A stretch of DNA of 64,000 nt from a virus, in the IMG/VR virus record IMGVR_UViG_3300017963_000011, positions 1 to 64,000 of that record, one strand, 5' to 3'. Below, in pieces: positions 1 to 9,207 of this stretch; positions within the stretch are counted from its first letter, which is position 1; each line of letters begins with the position of its first letter. Position numbers and translations under genes: made by a program. A model generated the notes under the pieces. That model was not told the DNA's origin and did not search any database. It was given only the letters and a program-made list of their open reading frames with translations.

Positions 1-862
1 GCCAGCCTAGTGTGTGATAATCTGCTACTCCGCGGGTTACGGTCTCGTCTAGTGCTTCTCGTTTGCCTATTTCTCTGAAGCCAGATGCTACCGGGCCTTT
101 GCGTGTAGAGGACTTCCGTTCAATCACTCGTATCCACGGGGTGCCGCATTCTGCGCAGCAGCCTTTTTCGCTGGTGGCTGAGAGTATGAGGGGCTTGATA
201 AGGGCCGGCGGGAAGGTGGCAAAGTGGGATTTTTTGAAGGGGACGGTGCCCACCGTTAAGACTGTGCGGCGGTTGCGGCTGTTGCGGCGGTTGGGCTTTT
301 TATGGGTTGGGCCGCCTGCCGTTAGGCGAGCGGGGGTTTGCATGCCGCACTTTTTTTGTATATTGCCTGTGCGTGTTTCTTCGGAGGCTATGAAATCATG
401 GTAGTAGTGTTTTGACTTGGAGAAGTGGAAGATGTACTCGTGGCAGCGAGTGAAGCGATCTTTGGCGGATTCGGGCATTACGTTAGGCTTGTGCCAGATG
501 ATGTCGTTGCGTAAAATCCAGTAGTCGTCTTGGAGCGATAGAGCCAGGCGCCAGGGGATTCCTATGAGTGACTTATCAGGTAGGAAGTCGACGTATTTTT
601 CGTTTGGGTTGGTGTAGGCATCGCCGTAGACAATCCAGAGGGTGCCTGCGGGGTGGAGGACGCGTTTGACTTCATGGAAAATCTCAACAAGGGAAGCTAT
701 GTGGTCGTTGAGAGTGGGCTCCAGCCCTATCATGCCGGGGTCTTTTCCGTACTCGCGCTGGCCCCAATAGGGGGGTGAGGTGATACAGCAATGGACAGAG
801 CCGCTTCGCATGCGGCGTAGAGCACTTAGGGCGTCATCGACTATGATTTTGAATCTTTGCAT
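1..862 (-). CDS. DNA methyltransferase, N4-C/N6-A family (runs off window start)
   Basis: Not in ORF track; hand translation from ATG 862 gives MQRFKIIVDDALSALRRMRSGSVHCCITSPPYWG...RNDIIWHKPNVMPES..DR..RCHEYIFHFSK...HFATFPP; SPPY catalytic motif. Confidence 0.9.
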   Translation of the reverse strand, partial: MQRFKIIVDDALSALRRMRSGSVHCCITSPPYWGQREYGKDPGMIGLEPTLNDHIASLVEIFHEVKRVLHPAGTLWIVYGDAYTNPNEKYVDFLPDKSLIGIPWRLALSLQDDYWILRNDIIWHKPNVMPESAKDRFTRCHEYIFHFSKSKHYYHDFIASEETRTGNIQKKCGMQTPARLTAGGPTHKKPNRRNSRNRRTVLTVGTVPFKKSHFATFPPALIKPLILSATSEKGCCAECGTPWIRVIERKSSTRKGPVASGFREIGKREALDETVTRGVADYHTLGW

Positions 863-1095
863 CGATGTTCATTATAGCGCAGCATGGCTTCAACGTCCAC
901 AGGATACACCGTCACCTTGTAGCCGTGCTCTCTGCAATAGCTCCAGACGCACTCTTTCGAGCACGCCAGGCCCGACACTTTGCCCTTTTCGACCAGCACA
1001 TAGTGGATCGGATGGTGTACTCTGCGGAGTGCATCGCGCGTTATGAACTGGATTTTTTGACCGCAGACGCGGCAATGATCGCGTTTATGCTCCAC
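841..1095 (-). CDS. Small TRASH/MYM-like metal-finger protein
   Basis: CRVC...ACSKEC; tandem paralog of 1108..1344. Confidence 0.65.
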   Translation of the reverse strand: MEHKRDHCRVCGQKIQFITRDALRRVHHPIHYVLVEKGKVSGLACSKECVWSYCREHGYKVTVYPVDVEAMLRYNEHRCKDSKS

Positions 1096-1107
1096 GAGTT
1101 AGTTCCT

Positions 1108-1344
1108 TCACCTGTCCTTTCTAATGGCATAGTAGTGCTCTATGCGTTCGGGGATCAGGTATTCCGTCACTTGGTGGCCGGATCGCACGAACGTTTCGAC
1201 GCACGCTTTCGAGCAAGCAGCCCCAATGATCTCTTCCTTTTGCATCATCACGTAGTGTGCAGGGTAAACCGCGCGACCTTTTTCGTCCGTTTTGGGCCGT
1301 AGGTCTTTACCGCAAACGCGGCAAATGGAGTCGTAGGTGTTCAA
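1108..1344 (-). CDS. Small TRASH/MYM-like metal-finger protein
   Basis: CRVC...ACSKAC; paralog of 841..1095. Confidence 0.65.
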   Translation of the reverse strand: MNTYDSICRVCGKDLRPKTDEKGRAVYPAHYVMMQKEEIIGAACSKACVETFVRSGHQVTEYLIPERIEHYYAIRKDR

Positions 1345-1655
1345 GATAGTAGCTCCTCTACTTTTGAATAGCCCTCGTCAGTGAGGGTGTAGGTGTTATC
1401 CCAGATCTCGACGAGGCTGCGATCCACCAGGGTGTTGAGGATCTTGCGGGTGCCGCTAATTGTGTTCCAGACCCAGCCGGTTCTGGGGTGGTCCACCCAC
1501 TTGCCGTGTTCATATAAAGCAAGGAGGAGATCTCGTTGGACGTGGCCTAGTTTGCGCGCCATTTGTTGAACCAATCGCATACGGCAGCGCCGAGAATGGC
1601 TGCTCCCATGCAGAAGACCGTTATCAAGATCGGATCGATGTATTTCATGACTCAT
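1341..1655 (-). CDS. Putative winged-helix DNA-binding protein
   Basis: RDLLLALY...TRKILNTLVDRSLVE...YTLTDEG wHTH-like pattern. Confidence 0.5.
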   Translation of the reverse strand: MSHEIHRSDLDNGLLHGSSHSRRCRMRLVQQMARKLGHVQRDLLLALYEHGKWVDHPRTGWVWNTISGTRKILNTLVDRSLVEIWDNTYTLTDEGYSKVEELLS

Positions 1656-1923
1656 CTCCGTGAGTGATGTCTGCCTCTACGGGATTAATGGTCTGGCCGG
1701 CCAGCTTGTGCCAGCAATCGTTGAGGTATTTGAGTTGGCCCGAGATCACGTACATGTGGCAGATGCGTCCGTCGCCGAAATCGTTTCGGATGCTGGGGTA
1801 GATCGTGATTCTGTCGCCCGCGCCGGTGATCTTCCAGCGCGTAGCGTCGACTCTGTGATGGCACTCGCAGCCTGGGCAGTAGAACCAGACCGATCCGTCT
1901 TTCATGTGCTCGAACTTGGGCAT
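1645..1923 (-). CDS. DUF6527-like protein
   Basis: FYCPGC..HH...TIYPSI....ICHMYV..GQ..YLNDCWH.LAGQT pattern. Confidence 0.7.
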   Translation of the reverse strand: MPKFEHMKDGSVWFYCPGCECHHRVDATRWKITGAGDRITIYPSIRNDFGDGRICHMYVISGQLKYLNDCWHKLAGQTINPVEADITHGDES

Positions 1924-2168
1924 CAGATTCTCACCAGTCTTCGTTTGCGGCTCTCGCCGATTATTGGTCGCGGTTCGATAGAGGCGACTATGATATCAGA
2001 TTTGTGAGCGTGCCAGAAACGGAGGTACTCGCCGTGATAGATCATCGGCGCTGCCCACTGTCGATCCCGCATGAGGAAGGTGCCACACGTTGGACACATA
2101 TAGCGCTGGTCTGGTTTCATAACGCAGACCGGATGTTGACACATCGGGCAGTGTTCGTGTGGTGCCAT
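1923..2168 (-). CDS. Zn-ribbon protein ending RKRRLVRI
   Basis: Start re-called at ATG 2168 (MAPHEHCPMC..CPTCG), directly after palindrome. Confidence 0.65.
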   Translation of the reverse strand: MAPHEHCPMCQHPVCVMKPDQRYMCPTCGTFLMRDRQWAAPMIYHGEYLRFWHAHKSDIIVASIEPRPIIGESRKRRLVRI

Positions 2169-2175
2169 GGTAGCG

Positions 2176-2631
2176 CTACCACTTGTACGTATTGGCGTAT
2201 TCATAGGGTATGATCTGGTTCTTGGATTTTGAATAGGCTGCGAGCACAAACACAGTGCGCTGTGTCTTGGAGAGAAGCGCTCTGAGTTTCCAGCCGTGAT
2301 CAGAGTCGACGGGGACTTCGTAGTGAATGGACTTGGAGTGGTTGAAGACCGAGATGGTCTCGCCCGCATCGACGTAAGCCTTCGTTTTGGGATGGAGCAC
2401 CAGCTTGAAGATCTGGAGCTTGGCGTCGAGGATGCCGCATGCCTTTAGAGTACCTCGAATACTCTTCGCCCCATCGGAGTATAGATCGCCGCAGACGGCA
2501 CATTGAAAACGGTAAGAGCAATGCTCGCAGCCCCAGGCGCAGCCGCAGTCCCACTCTTTGAGGTTGGTGGCGCAGCACGGGCGCGGCCCTCTATAGAAGC
2601 GCTTGTGTTTTTTGATGGGCTTGCGTTTCAT
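2176..2631 (-). CDS. Cys-rich hypothetical protein
   Basis: ORF in co-oriented gene run; stop TAG lies inside palindrome. Confidence 0.7.
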   Translation of the reverse strand: MKRKPIKKHKRFYRGPRPCCATNLKEWDCGCAWGCEHCSYRFQCAVCGDLYSDGAKSIRGTLKACGILDAKLQIFKLVLHPKTKAYVDAGETISVFNHSKSIHYEVPVDSDHGWKLRALLSKTQRTVFVLAAYSKSKNQIIPYEYANTYKW

Positions 2632-2638
2632 GATGGTG

Positions 2639-2809
2639 CTACCGCTCCTTCACTTTGATCTTGCCTTTATTTGCCGCTACTTCCTTTGCGCAAGGTGGGC
2701 ATAGGGGAATACGATCCAGGATAGAGCCCTTCGAGCACGTGATGACGTACTCGTATGATCCGTACTCGCCTTTGCGAAATTCTTTACCGCAGCGTTTGCA
2801 TTTTGGCAT
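2639..2809 (-). CDS. 56 aa Zn-finger protein (not in ORF track)
   Basis: MPKCKRCGKEF...LCPPCAKE; fills the gap between neighbours. Confidence 0.6.
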   Translation of the reverse strand: MPKCKRCGKEFRKGEYGSYEYVITCSKGSILDRIPLCPPCAKEVAANKGKIKVKER

Positions 2810-2818
2810 GACGTGTTC

Positions 2819-3187
2819 TCAATCTGAATAGCGGCTTCTGCCAGTGCCCTTGCATCGAGGACACTGCGTTGGGTCGATGTAGCCACCAGGGCCTGGATCT
2901 CCATCGTAGAGCATGCCGGTTCCATTGCATTTGCGGCACTTCCAGGTGTTCTTTGCGTGGCCTGAGCCTTTCTTCCGCACTCGTTTGGGTGGCTTGTAGC
3001 CCAGCGATGCGAGCCTGTTTTTTAATTCGGAGTGCGCGGTCATGACATCTGCAATGGCATCTGGGTCTGACTTGCCAGGAAAGAGAGAAGCAGTGATGGC
3101 GTCTCCCACGTCCTCGGCGAAAGCGGCATAGGCCCTTAGGACTTTTGCCGCTTGTCTTGTGTATTTGATTTCATTCTTCTTGGTCAT
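2819..3187 (-). CDS. Protein with DnaJ-type CxxCxGxG zinc finger
   Basis: CRKCNGTG...CPRCKGTG. Confidence 0.65.
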   Translation of the reverse strand: MTKKNEIKYTRQAAKVLRAYAAFAEDVGDAITASLFPGKSDPDAIADVMTAHSELKNRLASLGYKPPKRVRKKGSGHAKNTWKCRKCNGTGMLYDGDPGPGGYIDPTQCPRCKGTGRSRYSD

Positions 3188-3461
3188 CGTAATCTCCTCT
3201 CAGGATCTCTTTGAGAAAGGTGTACGGGCACCCGCTCTCTGAACAGACGTATTCCCAGGAGAGTCCAGACTCCTTTTCATCGCACCCGTCTGCGTTGGTG
3301 AGATAGGCGCGGTGGCATTCCCGGCATTTCTTGGCGAGCCAGTCACGGACGATCTGGCAGCGTTTACCGTTGCGGAAGGTGCGGGCGTTGTCCTTCTCGA
3401 AGATGCAGTCCCCGCAGCCAATTTGGTCAATGCAGCACGGGTTGCACGGATCGTCACTCAT
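3171..3461 (-). CDS. Cys-rich hypothetical protein
   Basis: Start re-called at MSDDPCNPCC. Confidence 0.55.
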   Translation of the reverse strand: MSDDPCNPCCIDQIGCGDCIFEKDNARTFRNGKRCQIVRDWLAKKCRECHRAYLTNADGCDEKESGLSWEYVCSESGCPYTFLKEILRGDYDDQEE

Positions 3462-3597
3462 CTTTGGTTCTCCCGCACATCGCACATTCGATGAAGTCGA
3501 CTTCATCGAACTGCACCACGTCGTCGAATTTCATCTGGGCCTTCCTGATGCACTCCTCGCACAGAACCGTGCAGATCTGGGCCATGAAGACTTTCAT
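3454..3597 (-). CDS. 47 aa Zn-finger protein (not in ORF track)
   Basis: MKVFMAQICTVLCEEC...CAMCGR; AAAGGA RBS upstream. Confidence 0.55.
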   Translation of the reverse strand: MKVFMAQICTVLCEECIRKAQMKFDDVVQFDEVDFIECAMCGRTKDE

Positions 3598-3600
3598 GAT

Positions 3601-3834
3601 TTATCCTTTCTTAGTCGGGGCGTGTTTTGAATCCAGATATCTCAGAGTTGGATAAAGATATGCTGTGATACCATCGAATGCCTTGGAGCAAAGGCCCTCG
3701 TAGACTAGATCGTCTGCGGCTTTGCAAGCGGCAGGACCGAACAAGTATCTGAGCGTATCCATTTTGACTACCTCGCCCCTGGCAAGAGTGCTCAGTGCAT
3801 GATCTATAGCGAGGTCATACATGCTTTTTGTCAT
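3601..3834 (-). CDS. Hypothetical protein
   Basis: Tightly packed ORF with GGAG RBS. Confidence 0.6.
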   Translation of the reverse strand: MTKSMYDLAIDHALSTLARGEVVKMDTLRYLFGPAACKAADDLVYEGLCSKAFDGITAYLYPTLRYLDSKHAPTKKG

Positions 3835-3835
3835 C

Positions 3836-4234
3836 TCAGATCTCCAATTTCAGCTTTGCGTGATTGAGGCAGATGGCGATACTGCGCTCCACGTCTTTCT
3901 TTGCCACTTCGTTGAAGATCGGAACGATGTATACTCTGATCTTGTCAATGATCACTTGCAGATCTGTCGGCAGGATGATCTCGTGATCCTCTTCTTTGCT
4001 TTTTTCCAGTTCGTAGGTAACATCGTCTGGATCTTCCGGCGAGCGCATTTCATTCAGCGTCGTTGTGTTCATGCGGATCAGTCCGACACAGACCTCGCAA
4101 GTGACAACTCTGTCTGAATGAGGAGATGGCTTCCAGTATGGTTTGTTCGATGCGGTGCCCGTGAAGATCCTGTTCGTGAATTCGTAGGCATCGGTTCTGT
4201 CATTGATCCTAACGTCTTTTGGATTGACTTTCAT
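3836..4234 (-). CDS. Hypothetical protein
   Basis: Tightly packed ORF. Confidence 0.65.
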   Translation of the reverse strand: MKVNPKDVRINDRTDAYEFTNRIFTGTASNKPYWKPSPHSDRVVTCEVCVGLIRMNTTTLNEMRSPEDPDDVTYELEKSKEEDHEIILPTDLQVIIDKIRVYIVPIFNEVAKKDVERSIAICLNHAKLKLEI

Positions 4235-4235
4235 G

Positions 4236-4781
4236 TTACGGTCTCTTTTCGCGCATGCATTTTTCGTAGGCCATCAGAAACGGCCGCCACGGGCATGCCT
4301 TGTTCTTACACTGGTTTTCCGGTTCACGCAGTGCGGCCTCCTCGTAATGGTGGCAATCTTCTCTTTCACAAGGAATTGCACATTCGATCTGATCCGCTAA
4401 GATCCTGCGCGCTTCAAACTCTCGTCTACGTTTTGATTTTCCCATGATGGTGAACTTACCATGCGGGAGGTGAATGTCGGGCATTGTGGTTGTATCGTTT
4501 GACTCGTCAATCTTGATTATCGGACCACGGATCTCTCTAAGCGCGTCGTGAGTGACGGCATAGTCATATCGGCATGAAAGGCATTTGCCGTTGGAAGGCC
4601 CGGTATACGCTATAAATGCGTCAGGTGCGTGTGTGGCAACTTCCTTTACGTAGATATTTCCACAGAGTGGATATCCGTTTTGGAAGTAGTGGGCTTTTAG
4701 TTTACGCTTTGGCAATCTGTGCCAGCCGAAGAGTTCTTTCATGATTTTACTTTTCGTCCGGGTCGGCTCTGAAACACTCAT
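4236..4781 (-). CDS. Hypothetical protein with H/C metal motifs
   Basis: WH..AHYF..PLCG..KCLSC and Cys-rich C-terminus. Confidence 0.6.
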   Translation of the reverse strand: MSVSEPTRTKSKIMKELFGWHRLPKRKLKAHYFQNGYPLCGNIYVKEVATHAPDAFIAYTGPSNGKCLSCRYDYAVTHDALREIRGPIIKIDESNDTTTMPDIHLPHGKFTIMGKSKRRREFEARRILADQIECAIPCEREDCHHYEEAALREPENQCKNKACPWRPFLMAYEKCMREKRP

Positions 4782-4950
4782 CCGAACACCACGCCTCGAA
4801 GATACGCGTGCCGTGGTGTAGGTCGTATGTCACCTCTCGTGCTGTGCAGCAAAGACGCCGACAGATCTTACAAAGGACTGGGCCTTCTGTTATTGGGTGA
4901 TTTTGAAAATACTTGTTCAGCACTTTCTGCTTATGTACGAATGGGTCCAT
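4747..4950 (-). CDS. TRASH-like metal-finger protein
   Basis: CKIC...WCSDEC; TGATG coupling at 4950. Confidence 0.55.
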   Translation of the reverse strand: MDPFVHKQKVLNKYFQNHPITEGPVLCKICRRLCCTAREVTYDLHHGTRIFEAWCSDECFRADPDEK

Positions 4951-5120
4951 CACCATTTCTGGACCGTGCAGAACCAAGTCTTGCAGCTACGGCAGTAACC
5001 GTTCTTGGTCAGTTCTCTATCGCACTGAGGGCAGCATTCCTTGATTGTGACGACGTTGCCTGGCGGGACCACGACTGTTTTGTGGCCCATCGGGATTGCA
5101 TTCGGTGGTAGCTTTTTCAC
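4950..5120 (-). CDS. 56 aa Zn-ribbon protein (not in ORF track)
   Basis: GTG start, ...CPQCDRELTKNGYCRSCK; overlaps both neighbours. Confidence 0.55.
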   Translation of the reverse strand: MKKLPPNAIPMGHKTVVVPPGNVVTIKECCPQCDRELTKNGYCRSCKTWFCTVQKW

Positions 5121-5425
5121 GGATGATATCCTTTCACCAGATCGAGGGCTCTAGCCGCAACCCGTTCAAGCTCCATGTGAAGAAACAGAACGACGTTCTG
5201 TTCTTGGATCGTTGGTTCGCTCTTGTTCAGATTCAGGATCTGTAGAAGAACCTTGAAGGAGGTGTCTAGCCAGGCGTCGAGTTGTTGTTTTACGATCTCG
5301 ATAAGAACTTCGCCGGAGCCGTTGCAGATCGAGCATGGGCCACGCAGTTGGATAGGCAATTCGCTGCCCTGGTTTTCGAGGATGGAGATGTGAGTACCTG
5401 AGCCCCCGCAGAGTGGACATTTCAT
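5117..5425 (-). CDS. Protein with DnaJ-type zinc finger
   Basis: MKCPLCGGSG...CSICNGSG; ATGA overlap. Confidence 0.65.
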   Translation of the reverse strand: MKCPLCGGSGTHISILENQGSELPIQLRGPCSICNGSGEVLIEIVKQQLDAWLDTSFKVLLQILNLNKSEPTIQEQNVVLFLHMELERVAARALDLVKGYHP

Positions 5426-5760
5426 GAGACCATCTCGTTCCATTCCTTGACGGCTTTGATCATACCACTGCGTCCATGATATTTGTTCGGCCCCGTCTTG
5501 TGGCAATCGATACAAGTGACAATGAACCAGTTACCGAACGGAGGCCACATGCAGGTGTTCATCACGCCTGCCTTGCCGCCGCACGTACATGGTTTCACAG
5601 CCGCTGCAATCCGCGCTTTCTCAGCGAGTTGTTTTTCTCTCGATCTCTTTTCCCATTCTTCGTCTGACACAACAATCACCAACATTTCGTCAATCAAGGG
5701 CTTGATGATGCGTTTAGCACCGGCCTTGATCATTGCGTTCAGTAGTGATTTATCTTTCAA
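5422..5760 (-). CDS. Lar-like (restriction alleviation family) Zn-finger protein
   Basis: KPCTCGGKA...VTCIDC..TG...AVKEWN resembles Lar-family pattern. Confidence 0.55.
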   Translation of the reverse strand: MKDKSLLNAMIKAGAKRIIKPLIDEMLVIVVSDEEWEKRSREKQLAEKARIAAAVKPCTCGGKAGVMNTCMWPPFGNWFIVTCIDCHKTGPNKYHGRSGMIKAVKEWNEMVS

Positions 5761-6166
5761 ACCCGGCTGCTTCCAGGATTACATTCTGTGCCTTTGCCCG
5801 ACCGTCGAGCAGACACATGATGGCTTTGACCTTAGCTTCTGCATCTTCCATCCTGTCATGGCAGGAGCAGTGGGAGTCTTGCGTCTCGTGAAGTTCCTTG
5901 TTGAGATCCGCGATGGCCTGTTCGCTTGTGTCGTATTCGCTGCTGCGCTCGTCGAACTCACTCACGCAGCATTCGCATATATGTTGCATGGTACGTCCGT
6001 CGTCTGCATTGCTCCTTCCACAACGATAGCAGTCGATACTCTCCGTGTGCTTCTTGTAGAAGTCGAGTAGCCGCTCGATGATCTGCGCGGCTTTGACGTG
6101 TTTGCCTTCGTCGTATAACTTTGCTCCGAACTCCTCCAGCACTTTGATTTGATTGTCCGTCAACAT
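5750..6166 (-). CDS. Hypothetical protein, Zn finger plus coiled coil
   Basis: CYRC...CECC; TAATG-coupled start at 6166. Confidence 0.6.
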   Translation of the reverse strand: MLTDNQIKVLEEFGAKLYDEGKHVKAAQIIERLLDFYKKHTESIDCYRCGRSNADDGRTMQHICECCVSEFDERSSEYDTSEQAIADLNKELHETQDSHCSCHDRMEDAEAKVKAIMCLLDGRAKAQNVILEAAGFER

Positions 6167-6258
6167 TAAGCGCACCTCACATTCTGGAATTGTTTACGCC
6201 AATGGCGTACCTGTGCCGCGAGCCGGCGTAGCGCTACCACGAGAGTGTTCCAGATCAT
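6166..6258 (-). CDS. 30 aa peptide MIWNTLVVALRRLAAQVRHWRKQFQNVRCA (not in ORF track)
   Basis: ATGA overlap upstream, TAATG overlap downstream, GGTGA RBS; contains a palindrome copy. Confidence 0.5.
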   Translation of the reverse strand: MIWNTLVVALRRLAAQVRHWRKQFQNVRCA

Positions 6259-6773
6259 ACTTTCACCAATCTTCTTTTCCTGATCCTGCGTTCTAATTCT
6301 TTTTGTTCAGGTGGATCGTCGTCCATTTGGACTTCGCATACTTGTCGCGGGGCTGCAACTGGTAAGAAGTCGGTGTTTGCGAACAGATCCCATGGAAGAT
6401 TGATGTAGCTCATTGACATGGGGATCTGTGCTACATCGAGGGAAATACATTGTGTGAAGGTATAGGTCGTTTCAACGCCCTCTACCTCAGAATAGAAGAG
6501 GAGCATATAGCGCTCCATGTGACGTTCAAGGTAGGCGTAGACTTCGTTGCCGGCGCCGTCGTAGATCATTCGTCGTGAACGGAACTCTCTGAGTTGGATC
6601 TTGAACTTGCGAGTGGAGTAAGGGATTATGCCTTCTTCATCTTGCGAGCCCCGGCCGTCGTTGTGCAGTTCGATGGCCTCTTTAATGAGTTCTGTCACGT
6701 CAAGGAGTGAACCGGGATAAACTGGAATGCCTCTCATGTTGGGCACGGCGCACATGACGATGAAGTTGGGCAT
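6255..6773 (-). CDS. Hypothetical protein ending RKRRLVKV
   Basis: TGATG-coupled ORF. Confidence 0.65.
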   Translation of the reverse strand: MPNFIVMCAVPNMRGIPVYPGSLLDVTELIKEAIELHNDGRGSQDEEGIIPYSTRKFKIQLREFRSRRMIYDGAGNEVYAYLERHMERYMLLFYSEVEGVETTYTFTQCISLDVAQIPMSMSYINLPWDLFANTDFLPVAAPRQVCEVQMDDDPPEQKELERRIRKRRLVKV

Positions 6774-7243
6774 CAGATCTTCACCAGCCGTTCTTTGGAC
6801 GGGCGTTGCTTCTCTTCCCCTTTACCATTCACGAATTGCTGTGCCAGGGCTTTACACGCGTCGATGCGCTGGGCTTCCATCGTTCGTTTTGTTCTTGCCA
6901 TCTCATACGAGAGTTGATTGATCATGAGATCTTCAAGCTCTTTGCCACAGCGCAGGGAGTTGAACATGGCCTTGTAGAATAGGCTCTCATCGAACTCGCC
7001 TGCCGTGTTTAGGAAATCGGTATGTGGCACGATGGTTTCTTTCAGTGTCTTGCAACCGATCATGACCTCGAATACAGTGACGTCCTTCTCGGTTTGTGCA
7101 TGGCCGAAGTAGTAGACTTTCATGGAAAGTGCCGGATTGTCGCTACGATTGAGGAATGTGTAGCCCTCATTGTATCTGACTCCGCATTTCTCAAGAAAGA
7201 AGCGCACTATGTTTTGAAGGCATGTGTAGACTGAATCCACCAT
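6773..7243 (-). CDS. Hypothetical protein ending KERLVKI
   Basis: Start re-called at MVDSVY (GAAGGGA RBS). Confidence 0.65.
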   Translation of the reverse strand: MVDSVYTCLQNIVRFFLEKCGVRYNEGYTFLNRSDNPALSMKVYYFGHAQTEKDVTVFEVMIGCKTLKETIVPHTDFLNTAGEFDESLFYKAMFNSLRCGKELEDLMINQLSYEMARTKRTMEAQRIDACKALAQQFVNGKGEEKQRPSKERLVKI

Positions 7244-7254
7244 TGCGATCCCTT

Positions 7255-7485
7255 CTATTGTAAGTGAAATTGCCCACCGTACCAGTCGAGGGATCTTCCG
7301 CGCAGCCGCAAGTCTCGACTTACATCGCTGCCTCCAGATATGCACCGGCCGTACCAACAGTCCAGGCATACTTGTATCTTGCAGTGATGAAAAGAGCCGT
7401 CCTTCTTTTTGTAAAAGTCGAGTATGCTTTCGCTTGGTCCAGGCTTTCCACAGATCCAGCATGTTCCCTCGAATTTCAGCGACAC
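7255..7485 (-). CDS. Zn-finger protein
   Basis: CWICG...CLDCW. Confidence 0.55.
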   Translation of the reverse strand: MSLKFEGTCWICGKPGPSESILDFYKKKDGSFHHCKIQVCLDCWYGRCISGGSDVSRDLRLRGRSLDWYGGQFHLQ

Positions 7486-7700
7486 CTGTAGCTCCGCTGC
7501 ACGGCTTTTTTGAGATTATCGATCTCTTCACAAGTCAGGTCTGGTTTGATCGTTATGATGATCGGTCGCGTTGGTGGATTGGCGCCGCAAGATGAACAGC
7601 GACCACCGGAGTCTGTGTGCCACGGTTGCCCGCAGTATTCGCATTCCTGCGGGCTCCAGTCAAATTCGATGCCTTCAGGCACAATGATTGTCTGGCTCAT
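7476..7700 (-). CDS. Zn-ribbon protein
   Basis: CEYCG...CSSCGA. Confidence 0.6.
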   Translation of the reverse strand: MSQTIIVPEGIEFDWSPQECEYCGQPWHTDSGGRCSSCGANPPTRPIIITIKPDLTCEEIDNLKKAVQRSYRCR

Positions 7701-7935
7701 CGTTGCTCTCTTTCTCGATGAACTTCAAGTTGATCTCGAACTTGATACCTTTGAAAATTTTTCTCAGGGTGGGGTATCCGTGAATGGATTCTTTGAAGCG
7801 CTTATTCATTGCATCGCAGGTGTATTCGAGGTCAGTTCTGAGTTCGTATTCTAGCGAATCGAGTTCCCTCTGTACCCTTGCTCCGAATTCTTTAAGAACA
7901 GGGCCGACATCTACCGAAATCATTTTGATCTCCAT
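7675..7935 (-). CDS. Hypothetical protein
   Basis: TAATG-coupled ORF. Confidence 0.6.
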   Translation of the reverse strand: MEIKMISVDVGPVLKEFGARVQRELDSLEYELRTDLEYTCDAMNKRFKESIHGYPTLRKIFKGIKFEINLKFIEKESNDEPDNHCA

Positions 7936-8228
7936 TATGTCATCTTTACTTTCACGTCGTCTGGTTCGATGGTAGCGCTACTATCGAAATCTGGCTTGAC
8001 CTCGCCAAACGTAAGGGTGAAGGTTTGTTTGTTGATGAGCGCGGCTTTCTGGATTGCCTCAAACATCCTCTTGTATGTTACTGCTTCCGCCCAGGATATC
8101 TTCTCGAACTTGACTTCTAAGATGTCGTCAGCGCTAGTTACGATGCACGAGTAGCGGATCAGTTCTTGAGTCTCTTTTTCGTCGCGCTCGATCTTTGCTT
8201 TAACCGGCGCGGCTGCGCTAATGATCAT
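7935..8228 (-). CDS. Hypothetical protein
   Basis: ATGA-coupled ORF with GAGGAG RBS. Confidence 0.6.
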   Translation of the reverse strand: MIISAAAPVKAKIERDEKETQELIRYSCIVTSADDILEVKFEKISWAEAVTYKRMFEAIQKAALINKQTFTLTFGEVKPDFDSSATIEPDDVKVKMT

Positions 8229-8635
8229 CTGAACTCCTCTGGCCAGAATGGGTACATGTCCACGATTGTGGTTTCGACTGCACCTAGTTTGAATTCTTTG
8301 ATGAGTGGACCCTTGCAGATCAAAATCTCGTAGTCGTAGTGATTCTTTGCTGAGATCCAGGTCAAGATGAGTATGCAGTCTGCGAGTACGCGTTCTTCAG
8401 GAATGAGATTGTGTAGACGGTTGAAGAAGTCGTATAGCCGTTGCACCGAGATACGTGTGGTTTTGATCAGGTGATTTGCTAATGCCGCTTTGAACGCTTC
8501 ACGAGCGTGATAGCCGTTTCTGATTTCTTGTCCGTTGATAACTGGATGAACGAGTATGCCTTTATCAGTCCAATACTTGCGCTGGCGATTGGTGATGCCG
8601 GCATGTTTGCAAAGCTGATAGGCGTACATGATCAT
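8225..8635 (-). CDS. MerR-type HTH regulator
   Basis: QLCKHAGITNRQRKYWTDKGILVHP...RNGY matches MerR HTH pattern. Confidence 0.7.
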   Translation of the reverse strand: MIMYAYQLCKHAGITNRQRKYWTDKGILVHPVINGQEIRNGYHAREAFKAALANHLIKTTRISVQRLYDFFNRLHNLIPEERVLADCILILTWISAKNHYDYEILICKGPLIKEFKLGAVETTIVDMYPFWPEEFR

Positions 8636-9207
8636 TCGTCCCTCACTTTGATCTTTAGCTTCTCATCATTTGTGAGAACCCAACAGTCGGCGTAGAGAAA
8701 CTGAGATGCCCACTCGGTGATGGCTTTCTCGAAAGCCTCGGCCGCGCCTTCTCGTTCGCAGAAAATTTGGTCTTCACACATGCAATCGTTGTAGGCAGCT
8801 TCATCCATTTCGTACATGAGATCGCCCATCTCTTTCTTTGTGGCGAAGAGGCTGGCGTACTTTGCGGGATCTGGATAGTCGCATCTGCCAATACAGATTT
8901 CATAAGTGCCTGGGCCGCACTCATCTAGGAGTTGTTCTATTGCATGTTCGATGGCCTCTACTCTTGAGTCGAATGGCCCGGCTGCATTCTCGTCGCCTTC
9001 CTGGCACCAGCCCCATCTGCGTGGATCTGGCGGCTTACCAGATGGCATAGTCGGTTGTGTGAGAATGAGGCTACCAGTGGCGCCTGTTTCTTCTTGTTCT
9101 TGGGCCATAGCGCAATACGGGCAGAGGCCGTCCCGTGCCCGAGGATCATCAGCATCGTAGCTGGCGCCGCAGCGCCCGAACTTACAGATTGCGAATTTGC
9201 CCATCAT
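8632..9207 (-). CDS. Hypothetical protein
   Basis: Overlap-coupled ORF with N-terminal Cys motifs. Confidence 0.65.
   Translation of the reverse strand: MMGKFAICKFGRCGASYDADDPRARDGLCPYCAMAQEQEETGATGSLILTQPTMPSGKPPDPRRWGWCQEGDENAAGPFDSRVEAIEHAIEQLLDECGPGTYEICIGRCDYPDPAKYASLFATKKEMGDLMYEMDEAAYNDCMCEDQIFCEREGAAEAFEKAITEWASQFLYADCWVLTNDEKLKIKVRDE

Noticed and set aside
7025-7040. Second sigma54-like site TGGCACG-ATGG-TTTCT
   Set aside because: Lacks the invariant -12 GC and points antisense inside a gene
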